From the NCBI GenBank assembly GCA_045585835.1, contig JAZMZG010000016.1, positions 46,099-110,098 on the forward strand: 64,000 nt of DNA. The letters are read 5' to 3'. The translations under genes and the position numbers were made by a program. Of this stretch, positions 35,204 to 47,551 are shown in pieces; positions within the stretch are counted from its first letter, which is position 1, and each line of letters begins with the position of its first letter. The DNA comes from Eubacteriales bacterium (lineage in GTDB: Bacteria; Bacillota; Clostridia; Oscillospirales; CAG-272). Below the pieces are notes generated by a model. The model made no database searches and had not been told where the DNA came from. It was given only the letters and a program-made list of their open reading frames with translations.

Positions 35204-35530
35204 ATGGAATATTACGTTTACGTTTTAAGATGTCACGGTGACGTTCTTTATACGGGTATCACAGCCGACCTTGCCAAGAGAATGCGAGAGCACGTTTTAG
35301 CGCTTCCCGCAGGCGCAAAATTTACCAGAGCGCATAAGCCCGAAGCGATAGTCGGACTGTGGAGGACGGAAAATAAGTCGCTTGCATTGAAACTTGAATA
35401 CCGCATAAAATCTTTAAAAAGGGAAGAGAAGCTTGAGCTTTTGAAAAGTCCGTGCAAAGTGACCGAGCTTTTGTGGGAAGGTGCGGTACCGTGTGATATT
35501 CCCGATTTGTCCAAGATTTTCGAAAATTAA
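35204..35530 (+). CDS. GIY-YIG nuclease family protein (UPF0213-like)
   Basis: YYVYVLRCHGDVLYTGITADLAKRMREH is the GIY-YIG signature. ATG 35204 follows GGAGAGGG. Confidence 0.8.
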   Translation: MEYYVYVLRCHGDVLYTGITADLAKRMREHVLALPAGAKFTRAHKPEAIVGLWRTENKSLALKLEYRIKSLKREEKLELLKSPCKVTELLWEGAVPCDIPDLSKIFEN

Positions 35531-35566
35531 ACCTCTGTAACGTTTTGCGTTACAGAGGTTTTTGTG
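35529..35566. terminator. Bidirectional intrinsic terminator
   Basis: ACCTCTGTAACG-TTTTG-CGTTACAGAGGT followed by TTTTGTG. Confidence 0.8.
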
Positions 35567-35567
35567 T

Positions 35568-36158
35568 TTAAAACGAATAAAGTACAATTCCCATCGCCGC
35601 AGATATTATTATCAGCATAAACGGTGACGGTTTTTTCTTTAGCTTTTTCATAACGGTCGCAAGAGTGACTATTACCGCAAATATCGCAACAGCTCTATAG
35701 TCAAGTGATATTGAGCCGCCTGCTGTGGTGATACCGCAGAGAGTCGAAAGTCCGAGCGTTATTGCCGTCGCGCTTATAAGTCCGACAACGCAAGGACGCA
35801 CTCCCGAAAGGAAAGCTTCAACGCCCGCAAGCTTCATAAGGTTGGTTATGACAGCGGCGATTATAAGGATTATAACAAGAGAGGGAAGCACTACGCCGAA
35901 GGTGGAACAGAAAGCGCCCAAGAGCCTGCCGAAGAATCCGTACTGTGCGCCCTCGGACGAGCCGATATACGTTGCCATATTTATCGCTATGGGACCGGGA
36001 GTTGATTCCGCAACGGCGATAAGGTTCATAAAATCCTCTTCGGTAAGCCAACCGTTTGTAACAGCCGCCTCCTTGACGATGGATATCATACCGTATCCGC
36101 CGCCGAATGTGAATGCGCCTATTTTAAGGAAGGTCAAAAACAGCTTTAAAAATATCAT
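35568..36158 (-). CDS. chrA: Chromate transporter family protein (short-chain CHR, second gene of pair)
   Basis: KIGAFTFGGGYGMISI and AESTPGPIAINMATYIG motifs; about 6 TM helices. Confidence 0.8.
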   Translation of the reverse strand: MIFLKLFLTFLKIGAFTFGGGYGMISIVKEAAVTNGWLTEEDFMNLIAVAESTPGPIAINMATYIGSSEGAQYGFFGRLLGAFCSTFGVVLPSLVIILIIAAVITNLMKLAGVEAFLSGVRPCVVGLISATAITLGLSTLCGITTAGGSISLDYRAVAIFAVIVTLATVMKKLKKKPSPFMLIIISAAMGIVLYSF

Positions 36159-36736
36159 TTTTCACCCTCCTTTACATGTGCGATAAGGTATGTCGCAACG
36201 CCGATGAATCCGCAAATAAGTATAAGATAAATTGATGAAAAATTAACGGAAAACAGTGAAAAGCATATCATCGCTGCGATTACGGCAAGGATTATCGTAA
36301 CGTTAAATGCATTTTTCTTCATTGATTTTAGCATCTTCAGTCCCGCAGAGAGTATGAGGTATACGACGCATGCTTGGATACCCTTGAATGCATATCCTAC
36401 GTATGTAAGCGTCAAAAACGCATCGAAAAAGAGCGATATCGTAAACATAACAATAAATGCGGGTAAAACGACGCCCGCAGTCGATATACACGAGCCGAAT
36501 ACACCGCCGAGCTTATAGCCGACGAAGGTCGCCATATTTACGGCGACGGGACCGGGAGTGGATTCTGCGATAGCAACCATATTAAGAAATTCGTCTTTTT
36601 CTATCCAACCCCTCTTTGATGAAAGCTCGGATTCGATTATCGCTATCATAGCATAACCGCCGCCAAATGTGAATGCGCCTATTTTGAGCATAGTCAAAAA
36701 CAGCGTCAAAAGTGATACGTTTTTAGTTTTTTTCAT
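36155..36736 (-). CDS. chrA: Chromate transporter family protein (short-chain CHR, first gene of pair)
   Basis: KIGAFTFGGGYAMIAI and AESTPGPVAVNMATFVG. 4-nt overlap with the partner gene. Confidence 0.8.
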   Translation of the reverse strand: MKKTKNVSLLTLFLTMLKIGAFTFGGGYAMIAIIESELSSKRGWIEKDEFLNMVAIAESTPGPVAVNMATFVGYKLGGVFGSCISTAGVVLPAFIVMFTISLFFDAFLTLTYVGYAFKGIQACVVYLILSAGLKMLKSMKKNAFNVTIILAVIAAMICFSLFSVNFSSIYLILICGFIGVATYLIAHVKEGEK

Positions 36737-37758
36737 TTGTTTTCCTCTTTACTTTTTTCATAAAGCTGACCGCAGGCGGCATCGATATCTCTGCCGAGCC
36801 TACGGCGTATGGTTGCGTTTACGCCTCCGTCACAAAGACGCTTACAGAAGGCATACGCACTTTTTTTATCCGCAGAGGTGAGGTCCTTTCCTTTGACCTC
36901 GTTAAGCATAATTAGATTTACGTGGCAAAGCATACCCGAAAGCAGCTTTATAAGCTTGTCTGCGTCCTCAAAGCTGTCGCTTTTATTGCGTATGAGCGCA
37001 TATTCGAAGCTTATGCGCCTTCCCGTTTCCTTCACGTAGTCACGGCAAGCTTTTATTAGCTCGGGCAGGGGATAAGCTCGGTTTATCGGCATAAGCTCGC
37101 TTCGTCTGTCGCTTTCGGGTACGTGCAAGCTCACGGAGAGGGTGAGCTGTAATTTTTCTTTCGCAAGCTCGTATATTTTAGGTACGATACCGCAAGTCGA
37201 AAGCGAAATATGGCGCATACCGATACCGAGCCCGTTTTCGTCCGATGAGAGCTTTATGAATTTCAGCACGTTGTCGTAGTTATCAAGCGGCTCACCCATA
37301 CCCATTATAACGTAGCCGTCAATACGCTTTCCCGTATCCTTGCCGATTGCGATGAGCTGACCGAGCATTTCATAAGGCGCGAGGTTTCTTATAAAGCCGT
37401 GCGAGCCGGTTGCGCAGAAAACGCAACCCATTCTGCAGCCGACCTGCGACGATACGCATACCGTCGTACCGTGCTCGTATATCATAAACACGCTTTCCAC
37501 GGTATATCCGTCGGCAAGCTCAAAAAGATATTTTCTCGTGCCGTCGGAGGATATCTGTACCTTTTTGATTTTTAAATTATGTATGGGAGCGTCCTTTTCA
37601 AGCTTTTCTCTAAGGCTTTTCGGGATATTCGTCATCTCGTCATAGCCGCAGCCCTTGCAAAGCCAAGAGTATATCTGCTTTGCACGGAATTTGGCTTCTC
37701 CGAGAGAGACTATATAATCCTCAAGCTCGCCTAAATTCATACTTTGTATGTCTGTCAT
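36733..37758 (-). CDS. rlmN: 23S rRNA/tRNA (adenine-C2)-methyltransferase RlmN, radical SAM
   Basis: FRAKQIYSWL N-terminal region, CRMGCVFCATG radical-SAM cluster, DIDAACGQL C-terminus. Confidence 0.9.
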   Translation of the reverse strand: MTDIQSMNLGELEDYIVSLGEAKFRAKQIYSWLCKGCGYDEMTNIPKSLREKLEKDAPIHNLKIKKVQISSDGTRKYLFELADGYTVESVFMIYEHGTTVCVSSQVGCRMGCVFCATGSHGFIRNLAPYEMLGQLIAIGKDTGKRIDGYVIMGMGEPLDNYDNVLKFIKLSSDENGLGIGMRHISLSTCGIVPKIYELAKEKLQLTLSVSLHVPESDRRSELMPINRAYPLPELIKACRDYVKETGRRISFEYALIRNKSDSFEDADKLIKLLSGMLCHVNLIMLNEVKGKDLTSADKKSAYAFCKRLCDGGVNATIRRRLGRDIDAACGQLYEKSKEENK

Positions 37759-37759
37759 T

Positions 37760-39088
37760 TTATTTCCTTACAAACTTTGCGATATAGAAACCGTCGGGGC
37801 ATACGCCGCACGGCAAAAAGCAGGTTCCAAATCCGTCACGGTAAACGTCAAAGCTTTCGTTGTAATTGATATATTCGGGGGCAAAATCTGGGTTTTCCTC
37901 TAAAAAGCGGCTTACTACACCTTCGTTTTCGGCTTTATCGAAGGTGCAGGTGGAATACACCAACACACCGCCTTTTTTTAAGTATTTTGAGGTATTATTC
38001 AAAATATCAAGCTGTATTTCGGGAAGACGCCCGTATTCTGTGTGGCTTTTATAGCGTATCTCGGGCTTTTTCGATATAGTACCAAGACAAGAGCAAGGCA
38101 CGTCGCAAAGTACTCTGTCGGCTTTGCCTATAAGCTCTCCGCTTTCGCATCTTCCGTCTAAGGCTACGGTCTTGATTATAGATATACCAAGTCTGTCGGC
38201 ACCTTTTTTAATGAGAGATAGCTTATTTTCGTGAAGGTCACAGGCAACTATCTTGCCTTCATTTCCCATATCCATAGCAATAGAAAACGTCTTTCCGCCG
38301 GGGCAAGCGCAAGCGTCTATGACCGTATGTCCGCTTTTTGCGTCAAGCGCTTTTGCCGAAAGCGCAGAGGGCTCTGATTGGACGAAATATTCACCGTTTT
38401 TAAAATGCTCCTCGTTTTCCACCGAAAAGCTTTTTTGCTTTGTTATGCATACATCGCATAGCTTTGACACCTCGCATTCCATTTCCGAGGCAAGCTTTTC
38501 GGGAGTGGTTTTAAGAGTATTCACACGAAGCGATATACCTTTATCCGCACCGAGCAGTGCGCACAAAATATCTTCCGCTTTCTTTTCGCCGTATTGCGAT
38601 ATAATAAGCTCTACCGTTTCCTTTAAAACGGAGTATTTGATGGATAGATATTCGGACTTGGAAAGCGTTTTTTTCGCATTTTCAAAAAAGCCTGCAAGGT
38701 CTGTTTTCGCTATATTGCGAAGCACGCCGTTTACATATCCCATGGCACCTTTGCCGAAACGCTTTGCAAGATTTACGCTTTCGTTGACTGCGGCGCTTTG
38801 CGGTATCTTATCAAGAAAATGGAGCTGATATGCTCCAATGCGTAAAATGGCTTTTATTTCCGCATCGAGCGTTTCAAGCTTTCTTGTTGACTGTGCCTCT
38901 ATCAAAGCGTCGAGCGTATAAAGGCGCTCCAACACGCCGTATACGATACGGCTGTAAAGTCCCTTTTCCGCACCCTCAAGAGCATATTTTTTAATCGTTG
39001 AATCAAGCTCTATATTTGAATATCTGCCGTCTTTTTCTATTTTTACAAGTGATATAACGGCAGCACGTCTTGCACTTATTTTTTCCAT
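37760..39088 (-). CDS. rsmB: 16S rRNA (cytosine967-C5)-methyltransferase
   Basis: NusB-like N-terminal domain, SAM motif DACACPGGKT, catalytic DVPCSCLG and YSTCT. Confidence 0.9.
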   Translation of the reverse strand: MEKISARRAAVISLVKIEKDGRYSNIELDSTIKKYALEGAEKGLYSRIVYGVLERLYTLDALIEAQSTRKLETLDAEIKAILRIGAYQLHFLDKIPQSAAVNESVNLAKRFGKGAMGYVNGVLRNIAKTDLAGFFENAKKTLSKSEYLSIKYSVLKETVELIISQYGEKKAEDILCALLGADKGISLRVNTLKTTPEKLASEMECEVSKLCDVCITKQKSFSVENEEHFKNGEYFVQSEPSALSAKALDAKSGHTVIDACACPGGKTFSIAMDMGNEGKIVACDLHENKLSLIKKGADRLGISIIKTVALDGRCESGELIGKADRVLCDVPCSCLGTISKKPEIRYKSHTEYGRLPEIQLDILNNTSKYLKKGGVLVYSTCTFDKAENEGVVSRFLEENPDFAPEYINYNESFDVYRDGFGTCFLPCGVCPDGFYIAKFVRK

Positions 39089-39092
39089 TTAA

Positions 39093-39776
39093 CTAATCTC
39101 TGCGGTTGCCGACTATCATCACAAAGCGAAGTAGGTTTGCAAGCGATACCGCAAGCGCGGCAACATAGGTCATAGCCGCAGCAGTAAGCACCTTTCTTGC
39201 ACCCTTCGCTTCGTCGCCGTAAAGGATATTTTGCTCGTTTATAATGCTCATCGCACGTCGGGAAGCGTTAAACTCAACGGGCAAGGTTACAAGCTGAAAT
39301 ACCGTAGCCACCGCAAAAGCGGCGATGCCGATATATGCAAGTTGAAAAAAGTTTAAGACGATACCCAAAATTATAAGCGGAACAGAGAGCTGTGACGCTA
39401 TATTGCATACGGGCACAAGCGCCATTCTAAGTTTAATTGGCGCATAGCTTTGTGCGTATTGAAGTGCATGGCCCGCTTCGTGACAGGCAATACCGACTGC
39501 GGCAACGGAGCTTGAGGAATATACGCCGTCAGAAAGCCTTATGACGTTTGCCTTGGGGTCATAGTGGTCTGTTAAGTTTCCCGAAATACGCTCGACTCTT
39601 ACGTCTGTAACTCCTCGTGAGCGAAGAAGCATCTCTGCTGCCTGCGCACCGGTTATACGGCGTGCGCCCATTAGCTTTGAGTATTTCTTGTATGAGCTTT
39701 GTACCATTCCCTGCGCTATGAGGGAAAGGATAAGCATGGGGACAACGAAAATCAAATAGTAATAATCAAAATACAT
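39093..39776 (-). CDS. Zinc metallopeptidase (Zn_peptidase_2 / YugP-like membrane protein)
   Basis: HEAGHALQ zinc motif between TM helices; length 227 aa. Confidence 0.8.
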   Translation of the reverse strand: MYFDYYYLIFVVPMLILSLIAQGMVQSSYKKYSKLMGARRITGAQAAEMLLRSRGVTDVRVERISGNLTDHYDPKANVIRLSDGVYSSSSVAAVGIACHEAGHALQYAQSYAPIKLRMALVPVCNIASQLSVPLIILGIVLNFFQLAYIGIAAFAVATVFQLVTLPVEFNASRRAMSIINEQNILYGDEAKGARKVLTAAAMTYVAALAVSLANLLRFVMIVGNRRD

Positions 39777-39783
39777 ATTTTAT

Positions 39784-40713
39784 CTACTCCACAGTTGAAT
39801 CGGTCGTGATCTTGTTTCCGCAAAGGAATGCACTGACCGGCATACGCTTTCCGCCTACGACGCAAAGCTCGGTTATCTTTACCGCACCGTCTGCGGTCTT
39901 TACGGAAAACGATTTTTTGTCGACGTCTATAATACGTCCGCACTCTGCCTCAAAATCGGTTTTAATTGGCTGGGCGGCGTATACCTTTACGGGTTTATTG
40001 TCAAGTATAAAGTTTGCCGCAGGTGCGGGAAGCATACAGTTTATCTTGCGCATAACGAGCTTCGTGGGAAGTGAAAAATCCAAAGCCTCGTCCTCTCTCG
40101 TTATTTTTGCGGCGTGAGTTGCAAGAGAATCTTCTTGCTTTATGGGTGCAATATTTCCGCTTTCAATAAGCTCCAATGTCTTTATGAGAAGCTCTGCGCC
40201 CATATCGCCGAGCCGTGCATAAAGCTCATCTAAATTTTCGTCATCTTTTATTTTCGTGCTTGCTTTAAGGAGCATATCGCCCGTATCCATACCCTCGTCC
40301 ATATACATTGTGGTAACTCCCGTTTCGCAAACGCCGTCGAGCATAGCTCTTTGTATGGGAGCCGCACCTCTGTAGGCGGGAAGCAGTGAGCCGTGTACGT
40401 TTACACATTTATATCGCGGAAAGTCAAGCACGTATTTCGGAAGTATTTTTCCGTATGCCACCACAACGCATATCTCGGGTGCAAGCTTTACAAGAAGCTC
40501 TGCAAACTCGTTGCTTTTAAGCGTTGCGGGTTGGTAAACGTCAAGCCCCTTTTCAAGCGCAAATTCTTTTACGGGTGAGGGCGTGAGTATGCGTTTTCTG
40601 CCGACGGGCTTATCGGGTTGGGTTACTACACCGCATATTTCGTGCCCGGCATTTATAAGCGCTTCAAGACTTCTCTTTGCAAAGTCGGGAGTGCCCATAA
40701 AAAGTATTTTCAT
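39784..40713 (-). CDS. fmt: Methionyl-tRNA formyltransferase
   Basis: MKILFMGTPDFA, VNVHGSLLPAYRGAAPIQ. Confidence 0.95.
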   Translation of the reverse strand: MKILFMGTPDFAKRSLEALINAGHEICGVVTQPDKPVGRKRILTPSPVKEFALEKGLDVYQPATLKSNEFAELLVKLAPEICVVVAYGKILPKYVLDFPRYKCVNVHGSLLPAYRGAAPIQRAMLDGVCETGVTTMYMDEGMDTGDMLLKASTKIKDDENLDELYARLGDMGAELLIKTLELIESGNIAPIKQEDSLATHAAKITREDEALDFSLPTKLVMRKINCMLPAPAANFILDNKPVKVYAAQPIKTDFEAECGRIIDVDKKSFSVKTADGAVKITELCVVGGKRMPVSAFLCGNKITTDSTVE

Positions 40714-40716
40714 AAA

Positions 40717-41193
40717 TCAACCCTCTCTTAAACTGCTTTCGGGTACCATTTCAACGCAAACATCCAAGAAGAGCTTTCCGTCAAGATGGTCTATCTCGTG
40801 GCAAAATGCTCTTGCAAGCAAGTCTTCGCCCTCATATTCCACACGTTTGCCTTCTCTGTTTACGGCTCTCACCTTAACCTTATAGGGACGCTTTGTTATA
40901 CCCCACTCGTGAGGGCAGGAAAGGCAACCCTCAAGCTCCTGTTGCTCTCCCTCCGTGTAGATTATCTCGGGGTTGATAAGCTCGATAGGCTCATCGCTCG
41001 GGTCGAGCATAATGATACATATTCTTTTCAAAACGCCGACTTGGGGTGCGGCAAGGCCGACACCGCCGACTTTTATAAGCGTTTGGCGCATATCGTCAAG
41101 AAGCGTCGTTATACGGGGGGTGATTCCCGTGACCTCTCTTGATTTTTTTCTTAAAACCTCGTCGCCTTTTTGTACAATTTTTAAAATAGCCAT
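40717..41193 (-). CDS. def: Peptide deformylase
   Basis: GVGLAAPQVG, EGCLS and HEIDHLDG motifs. Confidence 0.95.
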   Translation of the reverse strand: MAILKIVQKGDEVLRKKSREVTGITPRITTLLDDMRQTLIKVGGVGLAAPQVGVLKRICIIMLDPSDEPIELINPEIIYTEGEQQELEGCLSCPHEWGITKRPYKVKVRAVNREGKRVEYEGEDLLARAFCHEIDHLDGKLFLDVCVEMVPESSLREG

Positions 41194-41208
41194 TGTAATA
41201 TCCTCATT

Positions 41209-43674
41209 TTACACGTTCGATGGGCACATATCCGCATTTATGTTAACGGTTTTGTATGAAGCGGAAGAGAAGCTCTTGAGTGCTTCACTGATAAGTTCCC
41301 TCGTACGTTTGTTATTTTTACACTTTAATATTAATTTCATTCTGTAAGAATTATTCAGCTTGTAGATTCCCGCTTCAAAGGGACCGAACAAAATAAATCT
41401 CACGTCCGAATATTTTTCTTTTTGCAGTTCTTCGATAAGCTTTTTGAAAGCACTTGCACCAAGCATCAAGTCGTGCTCCGATGCAGAATAAAGATTTACA
41501 AGCAAGAAATCGCAGAATGGGGGAAAGAGCATTTCTTTTCTTAAAGCTATCTCGTTTTTATAAAAGCCCTCGTAGTCTTGATTTGCCGCATAGTTTATAA
41601 CTGCGTTTTTCGGCGAATAGGTCTGTATTATCGCAAGCCCCTTCTTGTTTGCTCTGCCTGCTCGCCCCGCACACTGCGTTATAAGCGAGAAAGTGCGCTC
41701 GTTTGCTCTGTAATCGTCGCTGTGAAGCGACATATCCGCAGAGAGTATACCCACGAGGGTGACGTCGCGAAAATCGTGTCCCTTCGTGACCATTTGAGTG
41801 CCGACAAGTATATCCTTGCCGCTTGAAAAACTGTCGATTATCTTTTTATGCGACATTTTGCCGACGGTAGTATCCGCATCCATACGTATATAGCTCATTT
41901 CGGGCAAAGTGTTTTCGAGTTCATCTTCTATTTTTTGCGTACCCAGCCCAAAGTATTTAAGGTTCTCTTTTTGACAAGAGGGGCATTTTGCGGGCGGGGT
42001 GACGGTATATCCGCAATAGTGGCACATAAGCTTTTCCGAAACGCCGCCGCTTTTATAGTGCTTTTTGTGCAGAGTTAAGCTCACACTGCAGTTTGGGCAC
42101 ATAACCGTCTGTCCGCAATCTCGGCAGCTCATAAATACGTGAAAACCGCGTCTGTTTAAAAAAAGTACGCTTTTTTCGCCTCTCTTTTTTCTTGCCGCAA
42201 GCTCCGCTATAAGCTGTTTTGAAAGTATATCGCTTGCGCCGTAGCCGTTATAGCGCATATCCGCTATCATCGTGTCGGGGAGCACCGCATCGCCGTAACG
42301 CTCGGTGAGCTTTACAAGCGTATAGTCGCCCTTTTCGGCTTTATAGTAGCTTTCCACAGAGGGCGTTGCCGATGCAAGTAAGAGCATGGCGTTATTGTAT
42401 CCGCAACGGAATCTTGCAATATCTCTTGCGTGATATTTCGGAGCAATATCGGATTTATAGGAATCCTCTTGCTCCTCGTCGATTATTACAAGACCGAGAT
42501 TTTTCGTTGGGGCGAATATCGCAGAGCGTGTTCCGATTATCAGGTCTACGTCGCCTCGGTCTACAGCTTTCCACGCATCGTGCCTTTCGCCCATGGAAAG
42601 ACCGGAGTGGAATACTGCGACACGATTTTTGTAGTAGCTTACGAATATTTTTACGGCTTGCGGGGTCAAAGCTATCTCGGGAAGAAGCATAATTACTTGC
42701 TTACCGCTTTCGATGACCTTGTCGATGAGCTTTTTCATAACCATCGTCTTGCCGCTTCCGGTTATGCCGAAAAGCAGCGCCGCCTTCGCTTCATTACTTG
42801 AAAAGAGCGAATTGAGTTTATCGTACGCCTCTTGCTGTGCCTTTGATAAGGAAAGCTCGGGAGGCGTTTTCTCGTCTTCATAAAGGGAGGAGAAGGGATT
42901 TCGCATAACCTCTCTTTTTTCGGATTTGATATATCCGTGCCGTTTCATCGTGTTTATTACCGATGCCGTAACGGGAAGCTTCGTCAGTATATCGCTTTTT
43001 GTAAGCTCTCCGTATTCGGCAAGATATTCCGCAAGTAGAATTTGCTTTTGCGTCAAGCTTGTATCTTGCGGTGAAAAACCGTCGGCAAGGCTTATGTAGG
43101 TTTCAAACTTATCTTTGCTTTTTGCGTTTTTAAGAGGCACCTTGCGTACGATTCCGAGCTTTACGAGAGCGTTTACCGCCTCTTTTGCATCTTCGCCGAA
43201 TTCCGCCTCAAGCATACTGTCAGTGATACAGCTTGCCTGCGATATAAACGAAAGTACCGTTTTTGTCTTATCGTTTACAAGCTTTTCGCCGCTGTTCTTT
43301 TCGACTACTTCATACATAAGCTGTGTGTGGTCTGCGGCATAAGACGGCATAACCGTTTTATATGCCGTGCCGACTGTGCAAAAGCACCTCTCGCTTACGA
43401 ATTCGCAGAGCCGTAATGCTTCATCGGAAAGCGGATTTTCGGAGTTTATCGCCTCCAAAATCAACTTTATGCGTTTTGCACTCGTTTTGTCGTGCAAAGA
43501 ATGCACGAGAGCTACCATGCGCTTGTTTGATGCGCCGAACGGAACAAGTACGAGCATACCCGGCTTTATTACTTGCTTCAGCGGCTCGGGAATGGCGTAG
43601 TCGAACTGCTTATCGACAGAATAAGGGCAGTCGAGAATACTGACTTTAGCGTAATTTTTCTCCGTCATATTCAT
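41209..43674 (-). CDS. priA: Primosomal protein N' (replication restart helicase PriA)
   Basis: Walker A GITGSGKT, DEEQ box IIDEEQE, Cys-rich zinc region CRDCGQTVMCPNCS...CHYCG; length 821 aa. Confidence 0.95.
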   Translation of the reverse strand: MNMTEKNYAKVSILDCPYSVDKQFDYAIPEPLKQVIKPGMLVLVPFGASNKRMVALVHSLHDKTSAKRIKLILEAINSENPLSDEALRLCEFVSERCFCTVGTAYKTVMPSYAADHTQLMYEVVEKNSGEKLVNDKTKTVLSFISQASCITDSMLEAEFGEDAKEAVNALVKLGIVRKVPLKNAKSKDKFETYISLADGFSPQDTSLTQKQILLAEYLAEYGELTKSDILTKLPVTASVINTMKRHGYIKSEKREVMRNPFSSLYEDEKTPPELSLSKAQQEAYDKLNSLFSSNEAKAALLFGITGSGKTMVMKKLIDKVIESGKQVIMLLPEIALTPQAVKIFVSYYKNRVAVFHSGLSMGERHDAWKAVDRGDVDLIIGTRSAIFAPTKNLGLVIIDEEQEDSYKSDIAPKYHARDIARFRCGYNNAMLLLASATPSVESYYKAEKGDYTLVKLTERYGDAVLPDTMIADMRYNGYGASDILSKQLIAELAARKKRGEKSVLFLNRRGFHVFMSCRDCGQTVMCPNCSVSLTLHKKHYKSGGVSEKLMCHYCGYTVTPPAKCPSCQKENLKYFGLGTQKIEDELENTLPEMSYIRMDADTTVGKMSHKKIIDSFSSGKDILVGTQMVTKGHDFRDVTLVGILSADMSLHSDDYRANERTFSLITQCAGRAGRANKKGLAIIQTYSPKNAVINYAANQDYEGFYKNEIALRKEMLFPPFCDFLLVNLYSASEHDLMLGASAFKKLIEELQKEKYSDVRFILFGPFEAGIYKLNNSYRMKLILKCKNNKRTRELISEALKSFSSASYKTVNINADMCPSNV

Positions 43675-43702
43675 ATCTCGCCGCCCTTTCTTGTTTATAT
43701 TT

Positions 43703-43918
43703 TTACTGTACTATTTTGTATTCGCCCTCTGCGAGCTTTTCCAAAGCTACTTCGACCATATTTTGATCAACGAGCTTTGCCTTTTTTTCGGGGTATGCGT
43801 CATACGCACCGCTTGTATATTTTTCGTTTAGGTCTCTTGCCGTTTTAGCCGCCGCAATAGCGATCTTGTATCTGTTTACCTTGTTGTTTTGTGTGAGCTG
43901 TTCGATGGAAGGCTTCAT
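43703..43918 (-). CDS. rpoZ: DNA-directed RNA polymerase subunit omega
   Basis: MKPSIEQL..NRYKIAIAAAKTARDL parallels the Bacillus RpoZ pattern PSI..L...SKY.L....ARRAR. Length 71 aa. Confidence 0.7.
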   Translation of the reverse strand: MKPSIEQLTQNNKVNRYKIAIAAAKTARDLNEKYTSGAYDAYPEKKAKLVDQNMVEVALEKLAEGEYKIVQ

Positions 43919-43930
43919 AAGTGTTCTCCT

Positions 43931-45049
43931 TTATTTTTTAAATTTATCGAAAATTCCGCGTTTCTTTTCAAGGCTTTCGCCGAATTCTTTAAGTATTCTC
44001 TTTTGTTCGGAGTTGAGCGACTTGGGTATCTCTACTATAACTCTGAAAAGAAGGTCGCCCTTGTTTTTTGAATGTATTACGGGGATTCCCTTTCCTTTTA
44101 TCGTAAAGAGAGTTCCGCTTTGCGTACCCTCGGGTATAGTAAATTTGACGGGCTCTTCAAGCGTAGGTACTTCTATTTCTGCACCGAGGGCGGCTTCTAC
44201 TACGTTTAAAGTCATCTCACAATAGAGATTATAGCCGTCACGCTCGAATATCTTATGCGGCTTTACCGAAGCGACTATTATAAGGTCGCCGGAGGGTCCG
44301 CCGTTTTCACCCGCATTACCTTGAGAGCGAAGCACCACTCTTTGACCGTCGTCGATTCCCGCCGGGATATCTACCTGCAATCTCTTGGTTTTTCTTATTC
44401 GTCCGTTACCCTTGCAGCTTTGGCAAGGCTGTTCGATTATTTTACCCGTACCTCGGCAAGTGTCGCATACCTTAGTGGTTTGGAACATACCGAACGCCGT
44501 TCTTTGCGATACCTTTACCTGACCTGTGCCTCGACAAGCGGAGCAGGTCTTGGGGTTTGTGCCCTTTGCCGCACCCGTGCCGTGACATTCTTCGCAGCTT
44601 GCTATCTGCTGATAGCTTATTTCTTTCGTACAGCCGAAAGCGGCTTCCTCAAAAGTAAGTGTGATACGCTGTGCTATATTGTCACCTTGTATTGGAGCGT
44701 TAGGCCTTGACTGTGTTCTTCCGCCGCCGAATATATCACCGAATATATCACCGAAATCAAAGCCGCCGAATCCGCCAAATCCTCCGAATCCGCCGCCTGC
44801 GCCCGCAGCGTAGCTCGGGTCTACGCCCGCATGACCGTAGGCATCGTATTTGGCTTTTTTATCGGCATCGGACAAAACCCCGTAGGCTTCGCCGACTTCT
44901 TTAAATTTCACTTCCGCTTCCTTATCACCGGGATTTACGTCGGGGTGATACTTTTTGGCAAGGGTTCTGTAAGCCTTTTTTATCTCATCCGAGGATGCTC
45001 CTTTCGAAAGGCCGAGCACCTCGTAATAGTCCCTTTTTTCTTCTGCCAT
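43931..45049 (-). CDS. dnaJ: Molecular chaperone DnaJ
   Basis: J domain with HPD (KYHPDVNP), G/F-rich linker, four CxxCxGxG zinc motifs. Confidence 0.95.
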   Translation of the reverse strand: MAEEKRDYYEVLGLSKGASSDEIKKAYRTLAKKYHPDVNPGDKEAEVKFKEVGEAYGVLSDADKKAKYDAYGHAGVDPSYAAGAGGGFGGFGGFGGFDFGDIFGDIFGGGRTQSRPNAPIQGDNIAQRITLTFEEAAFGCTKEISYQQIASCEECHGTGAAKGTNPKTCSACRGTGQVKVSQRTAFGMFQTTKVCDTCRGTGKIIEQPCQSCKGNGRIRKTKRLQVDIPAGIDDGQRVVLRSQGNAGENGGPSGDLIIVASVKPHKIFERDGYNLYCEMTLNVVEAALGAEIEVPTLEEPVKFTIPEGTQSGTLFTIKGKGIPVIHSKNKGDLLFRVIVEIPKSLNSEQKRILKEFGESLEKKRGIFDKFKK

Positions 45050-45072
45050 AATTTCCTCTCAAAGCACCCGTA

Positions 45073-45099
45073 GGGAATGAGCGTTTTTTGCTCATTCCC
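45073..45099 (-). other. Stem-loop in the dnaK-dnaJ intergenic region
   Basis: GGGAATGAGC / GCTCATTCCC arms with no U-tract on the coding strand. Possible processing or partial-termination element. Confidence 0.4.
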
Positions 45100-45113
45100 T
45101 CACGAAAGCTTAA

Positions 45114-46985
<1,872 letters not shown>

Positions 46986-47549
46986 TTAATTTGCAACCTT
47001 GACCATAGCAAAGCGTATTACCTTGCCTTTAAGTGTATATCCGTCTTGAAGCACATCGGTTACGGTGTCCTTTTCGGCATTTCCCGAATCGTCTATCATA
47101 ACCGCATTGTGAAAATTAGGGTCAAATGGTAGATTCAGTGCGGGTATTTCTTCAACGCCGAGCTTTGCAAAGCATTCTTCAAGCTGTTTCATAATAAGAG
47201 CCGTGCCCTCGCCCTGCCCGTCGAAACTCTTTGCTCTCTTTAAGTTATCCATAACGGGTAAAAGTGTTTTTACCGCATCACAATAAGCGTCGGTGTAAGC
47301 ATCTTCCTTTTCCTTTACCGCACGTTTTCTGAAATTATCGTATTCAGCGGCGATACGTAGCATTCTGTCCGTAGCCTCTTTAGCCTTTTCTTCGGCTTCT
47401 TCGGCGCACTTTTTTGCTTCTTCCGCTTCCTTACAAGCCGCTTCAGCCGCCTTTTTTGCTTCTTCCGCCGATTTTTTAAAAGCGTTAAGCTTATCGTCGG
47501 ATTTTTTTGCGGTGCTTGTTTCTTTTATTTCGTTTTCGTTCTTTTTCAT
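46986..47549 (-). CDS. grpE: Nucleotide exchange factor GrpE
   Basis: LRIAAEYDNFRKR, C-terminal beta domain GYTLKGKVIRFAMVKV. Sits in the hrcA-grpE-dnaK order. Confidence 0.9.
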   Translation of the reverse strand: MKKNENEIKETSTAKKSDDKLNAFKKSAEEAKKAAEAACKEAEEAKKCAEEAEEKAKEATDRMLRIAAEYDNFRKRAVKEKEDAYTDAYCDAVKTLLPVMDNLKRAKSFDGQGEGTALIMKQLEECFAKLGVEEIPALNLPFDPNFHNAVMIDDSGNAEKDTVTDVLQDGYTLKGKVIRFAMVKVAN

Positions 47550-47551
47550 AG

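Noticed and set aside
35568-36736. Two adjacent ~190-aa chromate-transporter genes that could be a frameshifted single chrA.
   Set aside because: Each has its own conserved GAFTFGGGY and AESTPGP motifs and a proper start, with a 4-nt overlap. Paired short-chain CHR genes are the normal arrangement.
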